A stretch of 64,000 nucleotides of DNA from Octopus vulgaris (Eukaryota). A program made the translations under genes and the position numbers. The DNA lies in the NCBI GenBank assembly GCA_951406725.2, contig OX597818.1, positions 138,756,001 through 138,820,000 on the forward strand, given 5' to 3'. The notes under the pieces were generated by a model that did not search any database, had not been told where the DNA came from, and saw only the letters and a list, made by a program, of their open reading frames with translations. Positions 56,388-64,000 of the stretch are shown in pieces; the stretch's first letter is position 1; every line of letters starts with the position of its first letter.

Positions 56388-56423
<36 letters not shown>

Positions 56424-56733
56424 AAATGAGATTACTAAGGAATAAACAATCTACTATAATAATACTCTTGTGTTTTTCTCCATCACTACATATGAATGAG
56501 AAAGGAAGGGTTGATAGATGAATAAGGAAGGAAGGGGTGATGGCAAACTGGTAGTGGGAGTGTTTCTACTCTGTGTGAGTATGTGTGTGTGTGTATGTAA
56601 AAAGGAGGTATGTGAATGTTTGTGTGTACATCAAAAAATAACCACTAGATAATATTGACAAGTGTATTAATTCGATTTACCATCCATATTTATATAGAAA
56701 ATACTACAATTAGCCGGCTAGTTATCTTATAAA

Positions 56734-56959
56734 CTTCATTAGCTTGCAGTTGTTTCTATTATAAGATGAGGATGCAGTAGACTCATAGTTGTGTGCTGAA
56801 GCTATCAGGTGTTACTCTGCATCTTATAGCCGAAACAGCTGTAAGCTAATGAAGATAATCATTTTCATATTACTGCTCTGTACACAACTAATGCTTCATT
56901 CGAAGTTTATGTATATTGGGTTCTACACCAGGTTGTCTCACAATGCCTAAGTAAAATAT
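56734..56959 (+). mobile_element. HHR family 2 element with an inverted duplication of the ribozyme 3' half
   Basis: Arms 56734-56768 and 56820-56854 are inverted repeats; 56895-56959 is the reverse-complement homolog of 10519-10590. Confidence 0.65.
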
Positions 56960-57009
56960 ACATACATGCAGGAAATTGTTGTGAATACTAATGCTGGTGT
57001 CATCTAAAG

Positions 57010-57412
57010 ATCACCTTTCGAGCATGTTGGGCCTCACAGAGGCAAAGTGGCTGAGTTCCTTTCGAGCATTGGACCTCATGGAGGCAAAGTGGCTGACTTC
57101 CTTTCAAGTGTTGGGCCTCATGGAAGCAGTGACTGAGACCTTTGGCATTATGTTGTGCTTGAGAAAAAGACCCATCAAGCTGAGCAAAACCACAGTCATG
57201 GCACATACTGGTGTTACACAAATTGGCACCCATGCCAGCGGCATGTAAAAACACCCACTACACTCTCAGAGTGGTTGGCGTTGGGAAGAGCATCCAGCCG
57301 TAGCAAAGCATGCCAAATCAGACTGGAGTCTGGTGCAGCCTTCCAGCTTACCTGCCCTGATCAAACTGTCCAACCCATGCCAGCATGGACAATGGACATT
57401 AAATGATGATGA
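57010..57412 (+). mobile_element. Older SINE-C variant with ~43-bp tandem units upstream
   Basis: TTTCGAGCAT..GG(G/A)CCTCA..GAGGCAAAGTGGCTGA repeated about 2.5 times, then family-C body and GAT tail. Confidence 0.7.
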
Positions 57413-58315
57413 TAATATATATATTTTTTAACTTGTATCTGCTGCATATTGTCTTTTTTTTTGATTCAGCTATTGTTTATATTTTTCTGTTATAGTCAAT
57501 CCCCACTTGTATTCCACTGTACACCATTATTTTTTTTTATAACAGTTACCCAATCAACTTCAAAAGGTTATTTGTTGAACTGGTACCCATAAATGCTTAT
57601 ACACATTTACTCAATTTATAAAATTTCTTTACTAGTCTGTTTTATTACAACTGTCTGATGAACGGTCACTTGAAACTCTGAGTAACACTTCATGAGTTTT
57701 TTTTTCGATTTTATTAAAGTAGTACATGTGTGTGTGTGTGTGTGTGTGTGTTTGTGTCTGTCTTCCATCACCACTTTGACAACTGGTGTTGGTTTACATC
57801 CCTGTAACTTAGCAGTTTGGCAAATTAGACCAATAGAATAAGAACCAGGTTTTTTCATGACTACACCTTCCAATATGACCTCCTTTTCCACATTTTTTTT
57901 TTTATATGTAGCAATGTGTGATTTAATGGAAATCTGGCTGCTATATCTAGCAAGTCAATAGACCGTGTAAAGGCTCCCATGATACGTTGCAATCATCCCT
58001 GCATGGATTAAAATCCAGTTTGTTTGACACTCTGGTCTAATTGTTTGTACTTATTTGATAGGCTCCCATTGAGATGATAGTCTAAGTCAACATTATGGAA
58101 GGGTTGAGCTGTGAAAATAGGTAACAAACACATTTAGCATTGGCGGTATTTATATTTGGCATCTGTCTCTGCACTAATTCAACTGTTCTTCTTTACACAC
58201 AACCTTGCACATGGAGAGAATACTTAAATGACATGGAATATCTAGATTTTTCAGTATGGTGCTGTTGTTGTTTATATATATATGTAGTAGTAGTATTAGG
58301 TGTAATGTTGTAGTG

Positions 58316-58693
58316 TTAACTCTTTCATTACTGTTCTGATGTTGGGGTACATCATTTTAGTTTTGATTAATTTTGAAAATAGTAAAGAATTTAGTAAAAT
58401 AATTTTGTCATTATTAACCCTTTAGTATTTAAACCGGCCATATCCGGCCAAAATAGTTAATCTGTTTTATGTTCAAACTGACCAGATCCAGGCTCTCACA
58501 CCTACCCTACAATGTTATTCTACATTAAGTAAGTACACCATCAAGATCTTGAAGATATGATATAATGCATGATTAATTCAAATCAATGTGAATCACTAGG
58601 CATTATGTTTGATAGAATAATCAGAACACTAAAGGGTTAAGCTAGTGTTTGAAACATAAATTATCATGGAATTTTAAGGGGTGTTTCTAATTT
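58316..58693. mobile_element. Nested piggyBac-type MITEs: MITE-P2 (58414-58640) inside an inverted P1-like element
   Basis: Inner TTAA-CCCTTTAGT...ACTAAAGGG-TTAA. The flanks rejoin as AAAGAATTTAGTAAAATAA...TTAAGCTAGTGTT..AACATAAATT, the reverse complement of the P1 body. Confidence 0.78.
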
Positions 58694-59385
58694 AGTGACA
58701 CATACGAGGCACCCTACCTGTGACATGTGTGAGGTACCCTTGCCAGTGACTTGTTTGAGGCACCCATGCCAGTGGCACATTAAAGGTACCTGTGCTAGTG
58801 ACACACAAAAGGCACTCATGCTGGTAACATGCAAAAGACTCTTGTGCAAGTGACACATAAGAGGCACCTTTGCTAGTGACACATAGAAGGCACCTGTGCC
58901 AGTAACATTTTAAAAGAACCTGTGCCAATGACGCATAAAAGACACCCAGTACACTCTATGGGGTGGTTGGCATTAGGAAGGGCATCCAGTTATAAAAACC
59001 GAGACAAAACAGACTGGACCCGGTACAGCTCTCTGACTTAACAGTTTCCGTCAAATCGTCTGACCCAGTCATTCTCAAACAGGGTTCATATGACCTTTGA
59101 GCGTCATATAAGATGAGGTTAAAATTTAGGAACGTTAAATTGCTTATACTTCTATAATACACAAAATATTTTAACAATTTTTTTAAAACAATCCCTAATA
59201 ATATTTAATTATAAAAATATGGTAGGATATTTTTAAACATTGAATGGCTAGGAGAGTCCACCCAAGTAAAATAAGGACTTAAAGGGGTTCATAGGTAAAA
59301 AATGGTTGAGAACCACTGGTCTAACCTGTGCCAGCATGGAAAATGGGTAGTAGATGATGATGATGGTGATGGTGGTGGTGGTGAT
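58694..59385 (+). mobile_element. SINE-C variant with about ten 26-bp tandem units, interrupted by a hAT MITE
   Basis: AGTGACACATAAAAGGCACCTGTGCC-like units with period 26 (58797, 58823, 58849, 58875, 58901). Confidence 0.78.
59066..59318. mobile_element. hAT-type MITE
   Basis: TIRs CAGTCATTCTCAA / TTGAGAACCACTG; 8-bp TSD GTCTGACC/GTCTAACC. Confidence 0.8.
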
Positions 59386-59619
59386 GACTTTAAAATAGTA
59401 AGTTTATATCAAAGAATCCTAGGTGGTCTCAAGTGGGCTGATATCAAAGGGTTCAATTATCAATGAACTCAGAATTTATTTTGGTTCACAGTTTGAAGCA
59501 TTTCTATTATTTTTGATCTTTTGGAAGAATTTAATATCCATAATTCACCATTTACCCTTCACGATATTAATGTTCAGTGGTATACTCTATGTACAGTTAA
59601 TATTGATACTGACTATTAT

Positions 59620-59810
59620 TGTTGTTTAGTCTCAGAGTCAGTAGACCTTATGATCAAGAGCATTCCAGTCATGACTATCCTGCCTGTTTTTAAAGACACG
59701 GTTTACTCTAGACTACATCACCCGTATGTGGCTTTTTATTTTAAAGATAATACTGTAATTTGAGGGACACTTAATTGCTACTTTCAGTAGCTCTAGTGAC
59801 CACATAATAA
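59620..59810. repeat. Old dispersed repeat family (also about 6990-7200, 33150-33330, and inverted at 16400-16580, 23840-24020, 44600-44690)
   Basis: Shared segments CATTCCAG..ATGAC.ATCC, GGACT(A/G)CATTATCCAAT, GGGTGTGATTTGA, GCTGCTATTTC. Confidence 0.6.
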
Positions 59811-60309
59811 TCTCCATCATTGCTTAGTATCATGGAATAGTAGTAGCTAATATTCTAGTATCGGGTCCACAGTCTGGTTTCAGTATTTAGTTGGAAATGG
59901 TTTATTTAGTTTGTCAATGTCATGAGAAAATGATTCAGCATCATAGTATCCCATTCTTCCTCTTTGCCTCTGAACCTTCGTGACTGCAAATTTTATGTTT
60001 GTAAATTTGTCTTGTCTCTGTATTTTATTCAACAGACTAATTCATTGCTATAAAATAACATTTACTTCACCAGAACAGACTAGGACTAATTACTATGGGA
60101 TCATATCACTGTAAAGGTGAAATTTGAGCCGTGTGTTCAAAACATAGTGGTGGATTGTATGTGACGAGAGCAGATGCTCTGATCTGGTTGGTGATTTCTC
60201 ATTGATTTAGTATAGATTATTGTTGTTTAGTCCTTACTGCTATTGCTGCTTCTACTTGTGATATTGGTTGGTTTCTCTGATGGTTCTCATACTATGATGT
60301 GTAGCTATG

Positions 60310-60990
60310 TCATAATTGGACTGATGGATAGACACATCATAACTGGCCTCTTGGATACATATATTATCACTGGACTCTTGGATAGATATATTATAACTGG
60401 ACTCTTGGATACATATATTATAACTGGACTCTTGGATAGATATATTATAACTGGACTCTTGGATAGATATATTATAACTGGACTCTTGGATACATATATT
60501 ATAACTGGACTCTTGAATAGATATATTATAACTGGACTCTTGGATAGATATATTATAACTGGACTCTTTGGATACATATAATATAACTGGATTGCTGGAT
60601 AAATATATCATGACTGGACTTAATGATAAATACATTGTAATGCTATTTGATATCCATATGGATGGATAGGTACATCATGACTACCCTGGTGGATACAGAT
60701 ACAGCATAACTGGACTGGTGGATAGAGCTACATCATAACTGGACTGATGGATGGAGATACGTCCTATCTCTACTGATGGATGGAGGTACAGCCTAACCGC
60801 ATGAATGGACTGCTAGATAGATGCATCATAACTGCACTGCTGACAGATGCATTATAACCGGACCAATGGATAAGATACATTGTAACTGGACAGATACATT
60901 GTTGAGTAAATAAATACATCATAAGTGGACTGATGGATCATAACTGTACTGATGAATTCATACATCATAACTACCACATCATAACTGGAT
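60310..60990. repeat. 27-bp minisatellite (ATAACTGGACTCTTGGATAGATATATT) with degenerate 3' extension
   Basis: About nine near-identical units at 60340-60580, then progressively diverged units to about 60990. Confidence 0.92.
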
Positions 60991-61106
60991 TAACAGAGAT
61001 GATCTCAATGTATCTCTTCTGGTCCATGGCCCATGCCATTTTCCTGTCAACAGGTATTTAATGATTTTTTTTATAGTATGATTACCACAGCCTCTACTGT
61101 CTGTCA

Positions 61107-61634
<528 letters not shown>

Positions 61635-62113
61635 TATTAAAAAGTACCACTATTACTTGATTACACTTAACAAAATTGTGTTTAGTGTTCTTCTCAATGA
61701 TGTTGCTGTCTTTGAGATTGTTCATTGAACGGTGAAAACATTCCTCCTTCCTTCCTCCACATTTTTATCAATTTAATTTAAGTAATGCTTCTTCTTCTTC
61801 TTTTTTTGTTTTGTTCCTTTTTTTCTTTTATTTTATAGTATTTATTTATTTATTTATTCACTCATTCATTCATTTTCTGTGTCTATTTCCTGTTTGTTTG
61901 TTTATTTATTCAATGTGCTTTCCTGTTAAAAAAACCTGGTTGGGGGGGGGGTAGGGGCTGCCTGTAATATTTACATATACATTCTTTTGAGTTATTTTTA
62001 TTATTATTTTTATTATTATTATTATTTTTTTTCGGTGGCAACGTTGGGTGGGGGATGGGTGCCGAGAGGTGTTGCATGGTATAGTTAGCACAGTATCTAA
62101 TTGTGCTGGCAAT

Positions 62114-62147
62114 TTTTGTTGTTGTTGTTGTTACTATTATTATCATA

Positions 62148-62201
<54 letters not shown>

Positions 62202-62261
62202 TTTAATTTTTATTATTATTATTATTATTACTATTTTTTATTATTATTATTGGTGTTAGTA

Positions 62262-62302
<41 letters not shown>

Positions 62303-62437
62303 GTTTTTAATTTTTATTTTTATTATTATTATTACTATTTTTTATTATTATTGGTGTTAGTATTTTTATTATTATTATTACTATTTTTGTTATTATTATT
62401 GGTGTTAGTATTTTTATTATTATCATTATTATTATTT

Positions 62438-62503
<66 letters not shown>

Positions 62504-62535
62504 ATTATTGGTGTTAGTATTTTTATTTATATTTA
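62114..62535. repeat. (TTA)n tract with repeated TTGGTGTTAGTATTTTTATT cassette
   Basis: The cassette occurs four times (about 62250, 62351, 62399, 62508). Confidence 0.9.
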
Positions 62536-63204
62536 TCAGAGCATGTTTCCAGATTTCTATATGAGTGATGTGTGCAATTCTTTTCTCTAACCTCCCTCTT
62601 TTTCTCTATCTCTCTTTCTCTCTGTCTGTCTGTCTGTCTCTCTGTCTCTCTCTCTCCGTTATATATATATTTTTTTTTTTAGTATACTTTGAAAAAATAT
62701 CTTTATTGTGGCAAATGTTGCTATGAAAGGCTTTGTTATTTTTAATTTTCTTCGTTTGAGGAAGTTTAGTAGCCAGTAAGGATGAATGGTGGGGTAAAAA
62801 CAGAACGCTAGGAAAATAAATAACCTGGTCTTTTAAATTTTTCTATAAATTATTTTTGTGCATGATTTATATAGGTATATATATTCAATGAACCCTCATT
62901 AAACTGTACTAATGGGGAGTCAAAGTTGCCCATTTTAGCTGATTGTCTGAATTACCTCATAGTAAATTTTAATATGGTGTAAACGTATGATGTTGGAAAT
63001 ACATGCTGAATATGATAAGCCATAAGAAAATTGCACCATTAAAAACATGTCATCACTCGTGAGGGATAATAACTAGGTAGAATGTACCCTGCTTTTGCTA
63101 ATTGTTTTAGGTGTATGTGTAGCTGTGAGCAGACATAGATACCATCTTAGGTTTCCTGTTCTTTAACCCAGCTGGTCATCGATGTAATAACTTCTTCAGA
63201 GACG

Positions 63205-63677
63205 GCCCATTTGCCAGCCTCATCTGGCACCTGTGTCGGTGGCACATAAAAACACCATCCGAGCGTGGCCGTCTGCCAGCCTCGTCTGGCACCTGTGTCG
63301 GTGGCACATAAAAAACACCATCCGAGCGTGGCTGTTCACCAGCCTCGTCTGGCACCTGTGTCGGTGGCACATAAAAAACACCATCCGAGCGTGGCCGTTC
63401 GCCAGCCTCGTCTGGCACCTGTGTCGGTGGCACATAAAAAACACCATCCGAGTGTGGCCGTTCGCCAGCCTCATCTGGCACCTGTGTCGGTGGCACATAA
63501 AATCACCCACTACACTCTCGGAGTGGTTGGCGTTAGGAAGGGCATCCAGCTGTAGAAACACTGCCAGATCTGACTGGCCTGGTGCAGCCTTCGGGCTCCC
63601 CAGACCCCAGTTGAACCGTCCAACCCATGCTAGCATGGAAAGCGGACGTTAAATGATGATGATGATGATGATGATGA
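63205..63677 (+). mobile_element. SINE family C 3' part with about five 63-bp tandem units
   Basis: GGCACATAAAA at 63241, 63303, 63366, 63429 and 63492, then body and (GAT)n tail. Confidence 0.9.
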
Positions 63678-64000
63678 TTTTGACAAGGTCTCTTCAAGAA
63701 TTCTGTCTTTTGCAACTCTTACATGCTTCCTTGTACCAATGGATAATAAATAATTCAAAATTTGCATCTGTTATTATTTCAAAGAAAATTAAGTGAATTT
63801 GTCCTTACTTTTATGTATATCTTAAACAGTTTGCTTTTTAACACCATAATCTTCATAAAACCTCACCGCTAAAGCAGCAGTCTCTAACTTCCTTATAAGT
63901 TCCAGTTTCTAGTTCGCAGACAGAATCGCATACTACCTTTTTACAGTATATTAATTAGTTCACCTTGAAGACATAATGTAGAATGCAAGGCTGACAGATG

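Noticed and set aside
60243-60581. Signal-peptide-like ORF with ITGLLDRYI repeats
   Set aside because: It starts at a non-ATG codon and is open only because the 27-bp unit lacks stops; two reverse frames are equally open.

Overview
AT-rich, microsatellite- and SINE-saturated animal DNA. The repeat families look octopus/coleoid cephalopod-like, which is an inference from recalled SINE motifs and not from a search. The only convincing host coding sequence is one 230-bp internal exon on the + strand (36572-36801), missed by the ORF track. It encodes the C-terminal half of a PDZ domain plus a GTQT motif and closely matches PDZRN3/PDZRN4 (LNX3/4)-type E3 ligases, so the window is probably one exon flanked by two very large introns. 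Nearly all listed ORFs are microsatellite or SINE read-throughs. The introns hold at least five SINE families, two RTE LINE 3' fragments, Tc1/mariner-, hAT- and piggyBac-type MITEs, Helitron-type elements and minisatellites. Most notable: (1) four distinct families of short elements, mostly inserted in (TA)n tracts, carry type-I hammerhead-ribozyme motifs of the Penelope-associated kind with palindromic stem III; the intact cores are antisense to the host gene and the two sense copies have damaged cores; (2) an unexplained ~215-bp CpG-rich insert inside a SINE at ~42.1-42.3 kb; (3) a 4 x 184-bp head-truncated SINE array with ABAB structure; (4) reciprocal nesting of two TTAA MITE families; (5) a Charlie-type hAT element carrying two Helitron-type inserts. 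No prokaryotic systems, CRISPR arrays, rRNA or true tRNA genes were seen.
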